64,000 nt of DNA from Eledone cirrhosa (taxonomy: Eukaryota). The position numbers and the translations under genes were made by a program. The stretch lies in assembly GCA_964016885.1 (NCBI GenBank), contig OZ024741.1, positions 6,076,001 through 6,140,000 of the forward strand, in the 5' to 3' direction. The notes under the pieces are model-generated. The model searched no databases. It saw only the letters and a list, made by a program, of their open reading frames with translations, and was not told where the DNA came from. Shown here piece after piece: positions 15,001 through 30,000 of the stretch (position 1 is the first letter of the stretch; every line of letters starts with the position of its first letter).

Positions 15001-18000
15001 GTGTGATATAGCAGAGATGTGTGATATAACAAACCTGTGTGTGATATAGCAGAGGTGTGTGATATAGCAGAGGTGTCTGTGATATAGCAGAGATGTGTGA
15101 TATGGCAGAGGTGTGTGATATAGCAAAGGTGTGTGATATAGCAGATGTGTGTGTGATGTAGCAGTGATGTGTGTGATATAGCAGAGTTGTGTGATATAGC
15201 AGAGGTGTGTGTGATATGGCAGAGGTGTGTTTGATATAGCAGAGGTGTGTGTGATATAGCAGAGGTGTGTGATATAGCAGAGGTGTGTGTGATATGACAG
15301 GTGTGTGTGATAGGAGAGGTGTGTGATATGGCAGATGAGTGTGTGATATAGCAGAGGTGCGTGTGATATAGCAGAGGTGTGTGTGATGTAGCAGAGGTGT
15401 TTGATATAGCGGAGGTGTGTGTGATATAGCAGAGGTGTGTGAAATGGCAGAGGTGTGTGTTATATGGCAGAGGTGTGTGTTATATGGCAGAGGTGCGTGT
15501 GATATGGCAGAGGTGTGTGTGATATAGCAGAGGTGTGTGTGATATGGCAGAGGTGTGTGTGATATAGCAGCGGTGTGTGATATAGCAGAGGTGTGTGTGA
15601 TATAGCAGATGTGTGTGATATAGCAGAAGTGTGTGATATGGCAGAGGTGCGTATGATATAGCAGAGGTGCGTTTGATATAGCAGAGGTATGTGTGATATA
15701 TCAGAAGTGTGTGATATAGCAGAGGTGTGTGTGATATAGCAGAAGTGTGTGATATGGCAGAGGTGTGTGACATAGCAGGTGTGTTGATATAGCAGAGGTG
15801 TGTGTGATATAGCAAAAGTGTGTGATATAGCAGAGGTGTGTGATATAGCAGGTGTGTGTGATATAGCAGAGGTGTGTGATATAGCATAGGTGCGTGTGAT
15901 AAGGCAGGTGTGTGTGATATAGCAGAGGTGTGTGATATAGCAGAAGTGTGTGTGATATAGCAGAGGTGTGTGTGATATGGCAGAGGTGTGTGTGATATGG
16001 CAGAGGTGTGTGTGATATAGCAGAGGTGTGTGATATAGCAGAGGTGTGTGTGATGTAGCAGTGATGTGTGTGATATAGCAGAAGTGTGTGATATAGCAGA
16101 GGTGTGTGATATAGCAGGTGCGTGTGATATAGCAGAGGTGTGTGTGATATGGCAGATGTGTGTGATATAGCAGAGGTGTGTGATATAGCAGAGCTGTGTG
16201 TGATATAGCAGAAGTGTGTTTGATATAGCAGATGTTTGTGATATGGCAGAGGTGTGTGTGATATAGCAGAGGTGTGTGTGATATGGCAGAGGTGTGTGTT
16301 ATATGGCAGAGGTGTGTGTGATAAAGCAGAGGAGTGTGATATAGCAGAGGTGTGTGATATGGCAGAGGTGTGTGTTATATGGCAGAGGTGTGTGATATGG
16401 CAGAGGTGTGTGATATGGCAGATGTGTGTGTGATATAGCAGAGCTGTGTGTGATATGGCAGAGGTGTGTGTGATATAGCAGAGGTGTGTGATATAGCAGA
16501 GATGTGTGTGATATAGCAGATGTGTGTGATATAGCAGAGGTGTGTGATATGGCAGACGTGCGTATGATATAGCAGAGGTGCATTTGATATAGCAGAGGTG
16601 TGTGTGATATTTCAGAAGTGTGTGATATAGCGGAGGTGTGTGTGATATAGCAGAAGTGTGTGATATGGCAGAGGTGTGTGATATAGCAGGTGTGTTGATA
16701 TAGCAGAGGTGTGTGTGATATAGCAAAAGTGTGTGATATAGCAGAGGTGTGTGATATAGCAGGTGTGTGTGATATAGCAGAGGTGTGTGATATGGCAGAC
16801 GTGCGTATGATATAGCAGAGGTGCATTTGATATAGCAGAGGTGTGTGTGATATTTCAGAAGTGTGTGATATAGCAGAGGTGTGTGTCATATAGCAGAAGT
16901 GTGTGATATAGCAGGTGTGTGTGATATAGCAGAGGTGTGTGTGATATAGCAGAAGTGTGTGATATAGCAGAGGTGCGTGTGATATAGCGGAGGTGTGTGT
17001 GATATAGCAGGTGTGTGTGATATAGCAGAGGTGTGTGATATAGCAGAGGTGCGTGTGATATGGCAGGTGTGTGTGATATAGCAGAGGTGTGTGATATAGC
17101 AGAGGTGCGTGTGATATAGCAGAGGTCTGTGATATGGCAGAGGTGTGTGATATAGCAGAGGTGTGTGTGATATGGCAGAGGTGTGTGTGATATGGCAGAG
17201 GTGTGTGTGATATGGCAGAGGTGTGTGTGATATAGCAGAGGTGTGTGATATGGCTGCTGAGTGTGTGATATAGCAGATGTGCATGTGATATGGCAGAGGT
17301 GTGTGTGATATGGCAGAGGTGTGTGTGATAAGGCAGAGGTGTGTGTGATATAGCAGAGGTGTGTGATATGGCAGAGATGTGTGTGATATAGCAGAGGTGT
17401 GTGATATGGCAGAGATGTGTCTGATATGGCAGAGGTGTGTGTGATATAGCAGAGGTGTGTGATATAGCAGAGGTGTGTGTGATATAACAGAGGTGTGTGT
17501 GATATAGCAGAAGTGTGTGATATAACAGAGGTGTGTGATATGGCAGAGGTGTGTGTGATATGGCAGAGGTGTGTGTGATATAGCAGAGGTGTGTGTGATA
17601 TGGCAGAAGTGTGTGTGATATAACAGAGGTGTGTGATATAGCAGGTGTGTGTGTGATATGTCAGAGGTGTGTGTGATATAACAGAGGTGTGTGATATAGC
17701 AGAGGTGTGTGTGATATGGCATAGGTGTGTGTAATATAGCAGAGGTGTGTATGATATGGCAGAGGTGTGTGTGATATAACAGAGGTGTGTGTGATATAGC
17801 AGAAGTGTGTGATATAGCAGAGGTGCGTGATATAGCAGAGGTGAGTGATATAGCAGAGGTCTGTGGGATATAGCAGAGGTGTGTCATATAGCAAAGTTGT
17901 GTGTATAGCAGAGGTGTGTGATATAGCAGAGATGTGTGTGATATAGCAGAGGTGTGTGATATGGCAGAGGTGTGTTATATGGCAGAGGAGTGTGTGATAT

Positions 18001-21000
18001 AGCAGAGGTGTGTGTGATATAGCAGAGGTGTGTGTGATATAGCAGAGGTGTGTGATATAGCATAGGTGTGTGATATAGCAGAGGTGTGTGTGATATGGCA
18101 GAGGTGTGTGTGATATAACAGAGGTGTGTGAAATAGCAGAGTTGTGTGTGATATGGCAGAGGTGTGTGTGATATAGCAGAGGTGTGTGATATAGCAGAGA
18201 TGTGTGATATAACAAACGTGTGTGTGATATAGCAGAGGTGTGTGATATAGCAGAGGTGTCTGTGATATAGCAGAGATGTGTGATATGGCAGAGGTGTGTG
18301 ATATAGCAAAGGTGTGTGATATAGCAGATGTGTGTGTGATGTAGCAGTGATGTGTGTGATATAGCAGAGTTGTGTGATATAGCAGAGGTGTGTGTGATAT
18401 GGCAGAGGTGTGTTTGATATAGCAGAGGTGTGTGTGATATAGCAGAGGTGTGTGATATAGCAGAGGTGTGTGTGATATGACAGGTGTGTGTGATAGGAGA
18501 GGTGTGTGATATGGCAGAATAGTGTGTGATATAGCAGAGGTGCGTGTGATATAGCAGAGGTGTGTGTGATATAGCAGACGTATGTGTGATATGGCAGAGG
18601 TGTGTGTGATATAGCAGAGGTGCGTGTGATATAGCAGAGGTGTCTGTGATATGGCAGAGGTGTGTGTGATATAGCAGAGGTGCGTGTGATATAGCAGAGG
18701 TGCGTGTGATATAGCAGAGGTGTGTGTGATATAGCAGAAGTGTGTGATATAGCAGAGGTGTGTGATATAGCAGGTGTGTGTGATATAGCAGTGGTGTGTG
18801 ATATAGCAGGTGCGTGTGCTATGGCAGGTGTGTGTGATATAGCAGAGGTGTGTGATATAGCAGAAGTGTGTGATATAGCAGAGTTGTGTGTGATATAGCA
18901 GAGGTGTTTGATATAGCAGAGGTGTGTGTGATATAGAAGAGGTGTGTGATGTAGCAGAGGTGTGTGTGATATAGCAGAGGTGTGTGATGTAGCAGAGGTG
19001 TGTGTGATATAGCAGAAGTGTGTTATATAGCAGATGTGTGTGATATGGCAGAGCTGTGTGTGATATAGCAGAGGTGTGTGTGATATAGCAGAGGTGTGTG
19101 ATATGGCAGAGGTGTGTGTTATATGGCAGAGGTGTATGTTATATGGCAGAGGTGTGTGTGATATGGCAGAGGTGTGTGTGATAAAGCAGAGGTGTGTGAT
19201 ATAGCAGAGGTGTGTGATATGGCAGAGGTGTGTGATATGGCAGAGGTGTGTGTGATATGGTAGAGGTGTGTGTGATATAGCAGAGCTGTGTGTGATATGG
19301 CAGAGGTGCGTGTGATATGGCAGAGGTGTGTGATATAGCAGGTGTGTGTGATATAGCAGAAGTGTGTGATATAGCAGAGGTGTGTGATATAGCAGGTGTG
19401 TGTGACATAGCAGATATGTGTGATATAGCAGAAGTGTGTGTGATATAGCAGAAGTGTGTGATATAGCAGGTGTGTGATATAGCAGAGCTGTGTGTGATAT
19501 AGCAGAGGTGTGTGATCTAGCAGGTGTGTGTGATATAGCAGGTGTGTGATATAGCAGAGCTGTGTGTGATATGGCAGAGGTATGTGTGATATAGCAGAGG
19601 TGTGTGTGATATAGCAGAGGTGTGTGATATAGCAGGTGTGTGTGATGTAGCAGGTGTGTGTGATATAGCAGGTATGTGTGATATAGCAGAGGTGTGTGTG
19701 ATATAGCAGAGGTGTGTGATATAGCAGGTGTGTGTGATATATCAGAGGTGTGTGATATAGCAGAAGTGTGTGTGATATAGCAGAAGTGTGTGATATAGCA
19801 GAGAAGTGTGATATAGCAGGTGTGTGTGATATAGCAGGTGTGTGTGATATAGCAGAGGTGTGTGTGATATAGCAGAAGTGTGTGATATAGCAGAGGTGCG
19901 TGATATAGCAGAGGTGCATGTGATATGGTAGGTGTGTGTGATATAGCATAGCTGTGTGATATAGCAGAGGTGTGTGATATGGCAGAGGTGTGTGTGATAT
20001 AGCAGAGCTGCGTGTGATATAGCAGAGGTGCGTGTGATATAGCAGAATTGTGTGATATGGCAGAGGTGCGTGTGATATAGCAGAGGTGTGTGTGATATAG
20101 CAGAGGTCTGTGTGATATGGCAGAGGTGTGTGTGATATCGCAAAGGTGTGTGTGATATAGCAGAGGTGTGTGATATGGCAGAGGTGTGTGATATGGCAGA
20201 CGTGTGTGTGATATGGCAGAGGTGTGTGTGATATAGCAGAGGTGTGTGTGATATAGCAGAAGTGTGTGATATAGCAGAGGTGTGTGATATAGCAGAGGTG
20301 CGTGTGATATGGTAGGTGTGTGTGATATAGCATAGGTGTGTGATATAGCAGAGGTGTGTGATATGGCAGAGGTGTGTGTGATATAGCAGATGTGTGTGAT
20401 ATAGCAGAGGTGTGTATGATATGGCAGAGGTGCGTGTGATATAGCAGAGGTGTGTGTGATATAGCAGAGGTGTGTGTGATATAGCAGAGGTGTGTGATAT
20501 GGCAGAGGTGTGTGATATGGCAGACGTGTGTGTGATATGGCAGAGGTGTGTGTGATATAGCAGAGGTGTGTGATATAGCAGATGTGTGTGATATAGCAGG
20601 TGTGTGTGATATAGCAGATGTGTGTGTGATGTAGCAGTGATGTGTGTGATATAGCAGAGGTGTGTGTGATATGGCAGAGGTGTGTTTGATATAGCAGAGG
20701 TGTGTGTGATATAGCAGAGGTGTGTGTGATATGACAGGTGTGTGTGATAGGAGAGGTCTGTGATATGGCAGATGAGTGTGTGATATAGCAGAGGTGCGTG
20801 TGATATAGCAGAGGTGTGTGTCATATAGCAGACGTATGTGTGATATGGCAGAGGTGTGTGTGATATAGCAGAGGTGCGTGTGATATAGCAGGGGTGTCTG
20901 TGATATGGGAGAGGTGTGTGTGATATAGCATAGCTGCGTGTGATATGGCAGAGGTGTGTATGATATAGCAGAGGTGCGTGTGATATAGCAGAGGTGCGTG

Positions 21001-24000
21001 TGATATAGCAGAGGTGCGTGTGATATAGCAGAGGTGTGTGTGATATAGCAGAAGTGTGTGATATAGCAGAGGTGTGTGATATAGCAGGTGTGTGTGATAT
21101 AGCAGTGGTGTGTGATATAGCAGGTGCGTGTGCTATGGCAGGTGTGTGTGATATAGCAGAGGTGTGTGATATAGCAGAAGTGTGTGATATAGCAGAGTTG
21201 TGTGTGATATAGCAGAGGTGTGTGATATAGCAGAGGTGAATGTGATATAGAAGAGGTGTGTGATGTAGCAGAGGTGTGTGTGATATAGCAGAGGTGTGTG
21301 ATGTAGCAGAGGTGTGTGTGATATAGCAGAAGTGTGTGTTATATAGCAGATGTGTGTGATATGGCAGAGCTGTGTGTGATATAGCAGAGGTGTGTGTGAT
21401 ATAGCAAAGGTGTGTGATATGGCAGAGGTGTGTGTTATATGGCAGAGGTGTATGTTATATGGCAGAGGTGTGTGTGATATGGCAGAGGTGTGTGTGATAA
21501 AGCAGAGGTGTGTGATATAGCAGAGGTGTGTGATATGGCAGAGGTGTGTGATATGGCAGAGGTGTGTGTGATATGGCAGAGGTGTGTGTGATATAGCAGA
21601 GCTGTGTGTGATATGGCAGAGGTGCGTGTGATATGGCAGAGGTGTGTGATATAGCAGGTGTGTGTGATATAGCAGGTATGTGTGATATAGCAGAAGTGTG
21701 TGTGATATAGCAGAAGTGTGTGATATAGCAGGTGTGTGTGATATAGCAGGCGTGTAATATAGCAGAGCTATGTGTGATATAGCAGAGGTGTGTGATGTAG
21801 CAGGTGTGTGTGATATAGCAGGTGTGTGATATAGCAGAGCTGTGTGTGATATGGCAGAGGTGTGTGTGATATAGCAGATGTGTGTGATATAGCAGATGTG
21901 TGTGATATAGCAGAGGTGTGTGTGATATGGCAGAGGTGCGTGTGATATAGCAGAGGTGTGTGTGATATAGCAGAGGTGCGTGTGATATAGCAGGGGTGTC
22001 TGTGATATGGGAGAGGTGTGTGTGATATAGCATAGCTGCGTGTGATATGGCAGAGGTGTGTATGATATAGCAGAGGTGCGTGTGATATAGCAGAGTTGCG
22101 TGTGATATAGCAGAGGTGCGTGTGATATAGCAGAGGTGTGTGTGATATAGCAGAAGTGTGTGATATAGCTGAGGTGTGTGATATAGCAGGTGTGTGTGAT
22201 ATAGCAGTGGTGTGTGATATAGCAGGTGCGTGTGCTATGGCAGGTGTGTGTGATATAGCAGAGGTGTGTGATATAGCAGAAGTGTGTGATATAGCAGAGT
22301 TGTGTGTGATATAGCAGAGGTGTGTGATATAGCAGAGGTGAATGTGATATAGAAGAGGTGTGTGATGTAGCAGAGGTGTGTGTGATATAGCAGAGGTGTG
22401 TGATGTAGCAGAGGTGTGTGTGATATAGCAGAAGTGTGTGTTATATAGCAGATGTGTGTGATATGGCAGAGCTGTGTGTGATATAGCAGAGGTGTGTGTG
22501 ATATAGCAAAGGTGTGTGATATGGCAGAGGTGTGTGTTATATGGCAGAGGTGTATGTTATATGGCAGAGGTGTGTGTGATATGGCAGGGGTGTGTGTGAT
22601 AAAGCAGAGGTGTGTGATATAGCAGAGGTGTGTGATATGGCAGAGGTGTGTGATATGGCAGAGGTGCGTGTGATATGGCAGAGGTGTGTGATATAGCAGG
22701 TGTGTGTGATATAGCAGGTATGTGTGATATAGCAGAAGTGTGTGTGATATAGCAGAAGTGTGTGATATAGCAGGTGTGTGTGATATAGCAGGCGTGTAAT
22801 ATAGCAGAGCTGTGTGTGATATAGCAGAGGTGTGTGATGTAGCAGGTGTGTGTGATATAGCAGGTGTGTGATATAGCAGAGCTGTGTGTGATATGGCAGA
22901 GGTGTGTGATATAGCAGAGGTGCGTGTGATATGGTAGGTGTGTGTGATATAGCATAGGTGTGTGATATAGCAGAGGTGTATGATATGGCAGAGGTGTGTG
23001 TGATATAGCAGATGTGTGTGATATAGCAGAGGTGTGTGTGATATGGCAGAGGTGCGTGTGATATAGCAGAGGTGTGTGTGATATAGTAGACGTATGTGTG
23101 ATATGGCAGAGGTGTGTGTGATATAGCAGAGGTGCGTGTGATATAGCAGAGGTGTCTGTGATATGGCAGAGGTGTGTGTGATATAACATAGCTGCATGTG
23201 ATATGGCAGAGGTGTGTGTGATATAGCAGAGGTGCGTGTGATATAGCAGAGGTGCGTGTGATATAGCAGAGGTGCGTGTGATATAGCAGAGGTGTGTGTG
23301 ATATAGCAGAAGTGTGTGATATAGCAGAGGTGTGTGATATAGCAGGTGTGTGTGATATAGCAGTGGTGTGTGATATAGCAGTGGTGTGTGATATAGCAGG
23401 TGCGTGTGTGATATAGCAGAGGTGTGTGATATAGCAGAAGTGTGTGATATAGCAGAGTTGTGTGTGATATAGCAGAGGTGTGTGATATAGCAGAGGTGTG
23501 TGTGATATAGAAGAGGTGTGTGATGTAGCAGACGTGTGTGTGATATAGCAGAGGTGTGTGATGTAGCAGAGGTGTGTGTGATATAGCAGAAGTGTGTGTT
23601 ATATAGCAGATGTGTGTGATATGGCAGAGCTGTGTGTGATATAGCAGAGGTGTGTGTGATATAGCAGAGGTGTGTGATATGGCAGAGGTGTGTGTTATAT
23701 GGCAGAGGTGTATGTTATATGGCAGAGGTGTGTGTGATATGGCAGAGGTGTGTGTGATAAAGCAGAGGTGTGTGATATAGCAGAGGTGTGTGATATGGCA
23801 GAGCTGTGTGTAATATAGCAGAGGTGTGTATGATATGGCAGAGGTGTGTGTGATATAACAGAGGTGTGTGTGATATAGCAGAAGTGTGTGATATAGCAGA
23901 GGTGCGTGATATAGCAGAGGTGAGTGATATAGCAGAGGTCTGTGGGATATAGCAGAGGTGTGTGATATAGCAAAGTTGTGTGTATAGCAGAGGTGTGTGA

Positions 24001-27000
24001 TATAGCAGAGATGTGTATGATATAGCAGAGGTGTGTGATATGGCAGAGGTGTGTGATATGGCAGAGGAGTGTGTGATATAGCAGAGGTGTGTGTGATATA
24101 GCAGAGGTGTGTGTGATATAGCAGAGGTGTGTGATATAGCCTAGGTGTGTGATATAGCAGAGGTGTGTGTGATATGGCAGAGGTGTGTGTGATATAACAG
24201 AGGTGTGTGAAATAGCAGAGTTGTGTGTGATATGGCAGAGGTGTGTGTGATATAGCAGAGGTGTGTGATATAGCAGAGATGTGTGATATAACAAACGTGT
24301 GTGTGATATAGCAGAGGTGTGTGATATAGCAGGTGTGTGTGATATATCAGAGGTGTGTGATATAGCAGAAGTGTGTGTGATATAGCAGAAGTGTGTGATA
24401 TAGCAGAGAAGTGTGATATAGCAGGTGTGTGTGATATAGCAGGTGTGTGTGATATAGCAGAGGTGTGTGTGATATAGCAGAAGTGTGCGATATAGCAGAG
24501 GTGCGTGATATAGCAGAGGTGCGTGTGATATGGTAGGTGTGTGTGATATAGCATAGGTGTGTGATATAGCAGAGGTGTGTGATATGGCAGAGGTGTGTGT
24601 GATATAGCATAGGTGTGTGATATAGCAGAGGTGTGTGATATGGCAGAGGTGTGTGTGATATAGCAGATGTGTGTGATATAGCAGAGGTGTGTGTGATATG
24701 GCAGAGGTGCGTGTGATATAGCAGAGGTGTGTGTGATATAGCAGAGGTGTGTGTGATATAGCAGAGGTGTGTGATATGGCAGAGGTGTGTGATATGGCAG
24801 ACGTGTGTGTGATATGGCAGAGGTGTGTGTGATATAGCAGAGGTGTGTGATATAGCAGAGGTGTGTGTGATATAGCAGATGTGTGTGATATAGCAGGTGT
24901 GTGTGATATAGCAGATGTGTGTGTGATGTAGCAGAGGTATGTGTGATATAGCAGAGGTGTGTGATATAGTAGAGGTGTGTGATATGGCAGAGGTGTGTGT
25001 GATATAGCAGAGGTGTGTGATATAGCAGAGGTGTGTGATATGGCAGAGATGTGTGTGATATAGCAGAGGTGTGTGTGATATGGCAGAGGTGTGTGTGATA
25101 TAACAGTGGTGTGTGATATAGCAGAGGTGTGTGATATAGCAGAGGTGTGTGATATAGCAGATGTGTGTGATATGGCAGAGGTGTGTGTGATATAGCAGAG
25201 GTGTGTGTGATATAGCAGAGGTGTGTGTTATATGGCAGAGGTGTGTGTGATATAGCAGAGGTGTGTGTGATATGGCAGAGGTGTGTGTGATAAAGCAGAG
25301 GTGTGTGATATACAAAGATCTGTGTGATATAGCAGGTGTGTGATATAGCAGAGGTGTGTGATATGGCAGAGGTGTGTGTGATATGGCAGAGGTGTGTGTG
25401 ATATAGCAGAGGTGAGTGTGATGTAGCAGAGGCATGTGTGATATAGCAGAGGTATGTGTGATATAGCAGAGGTGTGTGATATGGCAGAGGTGTGTGTGAT
25501 ATAGCAGAGGTGTGTGATATAGCAGAGGTGTGTGTGATATGGCAGAGGTGTGTGTGATATGGCAGAGGTGTGTGTGATATAACAGTGGTGTGTGATATAG
25601 CAGAGGTGTGTGTGATATAGCAGAGGTGTGTGTGATATGGCAGAGGTGTGTGTGATATAACAGTGGTGTGTGATATAGCAGAGGTGTGTGATATAGCAGA
25701 GGTGTGATATAGCAGATGTGTGTGATATGGCAGAGTTGTGTGTGATATAGCAGAGGTGTGTGTGATATAGCAGAGGTGTGTGTTATATGGCAGAGGTGTG
25801 TGTGATATAGCAGAGGTGTGTGTGATATGGTAGAGGTGTGTGTGATAAAGCAGAGGTGTGTGATATACAAAGGTCTGTGTGATATAGCAGGTGTGTGATA
25901 TAGCAGAGGTGTGTGTGATATAGCAGAGGTGTGTGTGATATAGCAGAGGTGTGTGTGATGTAGCAGAGGTATGTGTGATATAGCAGAGGTGTGTGTGATG
26001 TAGCAGAGGTGTGTGTGATATAGCAGGGGTGTCTGTGATATGGGAGAGGTGTGTGTGATATAGCATAGCTGCGTGTGATATGGCAGAGGTGTGTATGATA
26101 TAGCAGAGGTGCGTGTGATATAGCAGAGTTGCGTGTGATATAGCAGAGGTGCGTGTGATATAGCAGAGGTGTGTGTGATATAGCAGAAGTGTGTGATATA
26201 GCTGAGGTGTGTGATATAGCAGGTGTGTGTGATATAGCAGTGGTGTGTGATATAGCAGGTGCGTGTGCTATGGCAGGTGTGTGTGATATAGCAGAGGTGT
26301 GTGATATAGCAGAAGTGTGTGATATAGCAGAGTTGTGTGTGATATAGCAGAGGTGTGTGATATAGCAGAGGTGAATGTGATATAGAAGAGGTGTGTGATG
26401 TAGCAGAGGTGTGTGTGATATAGCAGAGGTGTGTGATGTAGCAGAGGTGTGTGTGATATAGCAGAAGTGTGTGTTATATAGCAGATGTGTGTGATATGGC
26501 AGAGCTGTGTGTGATATAGCAGAGGTGTGTGTGATATAGCAAAGGTGTGTGATATGGCAGAGGTGTGTGTTATATGGCAGAGGTGTATGTTATATGGCAG
26601 AGGTGTGTGTGATATGGCAGGGGTGTGTGTGATAAAGCAGAGGTGTGTGATATAGCAGAGGTGTGTGATATGGCAGAGGTGTGTGATATGGCAGAGGTGC
26701 GTGTGATATGGCAGAGGTGTGTGATATAGCAGGTGTGTGTGATATAGCAGGTATGTGTGATATAGCAGAAGTGTGTGTGATATAGCAGAAGTGTGTGATA
26801 TAGCAGGTGTGTGTGATATAGCAGGCGTGTAATATAGCAGAGCTGTGTGTGATATAGCAGAGGTGTGTGATGTAGCAGGTGTGTGTGATATAGCAGGTGT
26901 GTGATATAGCAGAGCTGTGTGTGATATGGCAGAGGTGTGTGATATAGCAGAGGTGCGTGTGATATGGTAGGTGTGTGTGATATAGCATAGGTGTGTGATA

Positions 27001-30000
27001 TAGCAGAGGTGTATGATATGGCAGAGGTGTGTGTGATATAGCAGATGTGTGTGATATAGCAGAGGTGTGTGTGATATGGCAGAGGTGCGTGTGATATAGC
27101 AGAGGTGTGTGTGATATAGTAGACGTATGTGTGATATGGCAGAGGTGTGTGTGATATAGCAGAGGTGCGTGTGATATAGCAGAGGTGTCTGTGATATGGC
27201 AGAGGTGTGTGTGATATAACATAGCTGCATGTGATATGGCAGAGGTGTGTGTGATATAGCAGAGGTGCGTGTGATATAGCAGAGGTGCGTGTGATATAGC
27301 AGAGGTGCGTGTGATATAGCAGAGGTGTGTGTGATATAGCAGAAGTGTGTGATATAGCAGAGGTGTGTGATATAGCAGGTGTGTGTGATATAGCAGTGGT
27401 GTGTGATATAGCAGTGGTGTGTGATATAGCAGGTGCGTGTGTGATATAGCAGAGGTGTGTGATATAGCAGAAGTGTGTGATATAGCAGAGTTGTGTGTGA
27501 TATAGCAGAGGTGTGTGATATAGCAGAGGTGTGTGTGATATAGAAGAGGTGTGTGATGTAGCAGACGTGTGTGTGATATAGCAGAGGTGTGTGATGTAGC
27601 AGAGGTGTGTGTGATATAGCAGAAGTGTGTGTTATATAGCAGATGTGTGTGATATGGCAGAGCTGTGTGTGATATAGCAGAGGTGTGTGTGATATAGCAG
27701 AGGTGTGTGATATGGCAGAGGTGTGTGTTATATGGCAGAGGTGTATGTTATATGGCAGAGGTGTGTGTGATATGGCAGAGGTGTGTGTGATAAAGCAGAG
27801 GTGTGTGATATAGCAGAGGTGTGTGATATGGCAGAGCTGTGTGTAATATAGCAGAGGTGTGTATGATATGGCAGAGGTGTGTGTGATATAACAGAGGTGT
27901 GTGTGATATAGCAGAAGTGTGTGATATAGCAGAGGTGCGTGATATAGCAGAGGTGAGTGATATAGCAGAGGTCTGTGGGATATAGCAGAGGTGTGTGATA
28001 TAGCAAAGTTGTGTGTATAGCAGAGGTGTGTGATATAGCAGAGATGTGTATGATATAGCAGAGGTGTGTGATATGGCAGAGGTGTGTGATATGGCAGAGG
28101 AGTGTGTGATATAGCAGAGGTGTGTGTGATATAGCAGAGGTGTGTGTGATATAGCAGAGGTGTGTGATATAGCCTAGGTGTGTGATATAGCAGAGGTGTG
28201 TGTGATATGGCAGAGGTGTGTGTGATATAACAGAGGTGTGTGAAATAGCAGAGTTGTGTGTGATATGGCAGAGGTGTGTGTGATATAGCAGAGGTGTGTG
28301 ATATAGCAGAGATGTGTGATATAACAAACGTGTGTGTGATATAGCAGAGGTGTGTGATATAGCAGGTGTGTGTGATATATCAGAGGTGTGTGATATAGCA
28401 GAAGTGTGTGTGATATAGCAGAAGTGTGTGATATAGCAGAGAAGTGTGATATAGCAGGTGTGTGTGATATAGCAGGTGTGTGTGATATAGCAGAGGTGTG
28501 TGTGATATAGCAGAAGTGTGCGATATAGCAGAGGTGCGTGATATAGCAGAGGTGCGTGTGATATGGTAGGTGTGTGTGATATAGCATAGGTGTGTGATAT
28601 AGCAGAGGTGTGTGATATGGCAGAGGTGTGTGTGATATAGCATAGGTGTGTGATATAGCAGAGGTGTGTGATATGGCAGAGGTGTGTGTGATATAGCAGA
28701 TGTGTGTGATATAGCAGAGGTGTGTGTGATATGGCAGAGGTGCGTGTGATATAGCAGAGGTGTGTGTGATATAGCAGAGGTGTGTGTGATATAGCAGAGG
28801 TGTGTGATATGGCAGAGGTGTGTGATATGGCAGACGTGTGTGTGATATGGCAGAGGTGTGTGTGATATAGCAGAGGTGTGTGATATAGCAGAGGTGTGTG
28901 TGATATAGCAGATGTGTGTGATATAGCAGGTGTGTGTGATATAGCAGATGTGTGTGTGATGTAGCAGAGGTATGTGTGATATAGCAGAGGTGTGTGATAT
29001 AGTAGAGGTGTGTGATATGGCAGAGGTGTGTGTGATATAGCAGAGGTGTGTGATATAGCAGAGGTGTGTGATATGGCAGAGATGTGTGTGATATAGTAGA
29101 GGTGTGTGTGATATGGCAGAGGTGTGTGTGATATAACAGTGGTGTGTGATATAGCAGAGGTGTGTGATATAGCAGAGGTGTGTGATATAGCAGATGTGTG
29201 TGATATGGCAGAGGTGTGTGTGATATAGCAGAGGTGTGTGTGATATAGCAGAGGTGTGTGTTATATGGCAGAGGTGTGTGTGATATAGCAGAGGTGTGTG
29301 TGATATGGCAGAGGTGTGTGTGATAAAGCAGAGGTGTGTGATATACAAAGATCTGTGTGATATAGCAGGTGTGTGATATAGCAGAGGTGTGTGATATGGC
29401 AGAGGTGTGTGTGATATGGCAGAGGTGTGTGTGATATAGCAGAGGTGAGTGTGATGTAGCAGAGGCATGTGTGATATAGCAGAGGTATGTGTGATATAGC
29501 AGAGGTGTGTGATATGGCAGAGGTGTGTGTGATATAGCAGAGGTGTGTGATATAGCAGAGGTGTGTGTGATATGGCAGAGGTGTGTGTGATATGGCAGAG
29601 GTGTGTGTGATATAACAGTGGTGTGTGATATAGCAGAGGTGTGTGTGATATAGCAGAGGTGTGTGTGATATGGCAGAGGTGTGTGTGATATAACAGTGGT
29701 GTGTGATATAGCAGAGGTGTGTGATATAGCAGAGGTGTGATATAGCAGATGTGTGTGATATGGCAGAGTTGTGTGTGATATAGCAGAGGTGTGTGTGATA
29801 TAGCAGAGGTGTGTGTTATATGGCAGAGGTGTGTGTGATATAGCAGAGGTGTGTGTGATATGGTAGAGGTGTGTGTGATAAAGCAGAGGTGTGTGATATA
29901 CAAAGGTCTGTGTGATATAGCAGGTGTGTGATATAGCAGAGGTGTGTGTGATATAGCAGAGGTGTGTGTGATATAGCAGAGGTGTGTGTGATGTAGCAGA

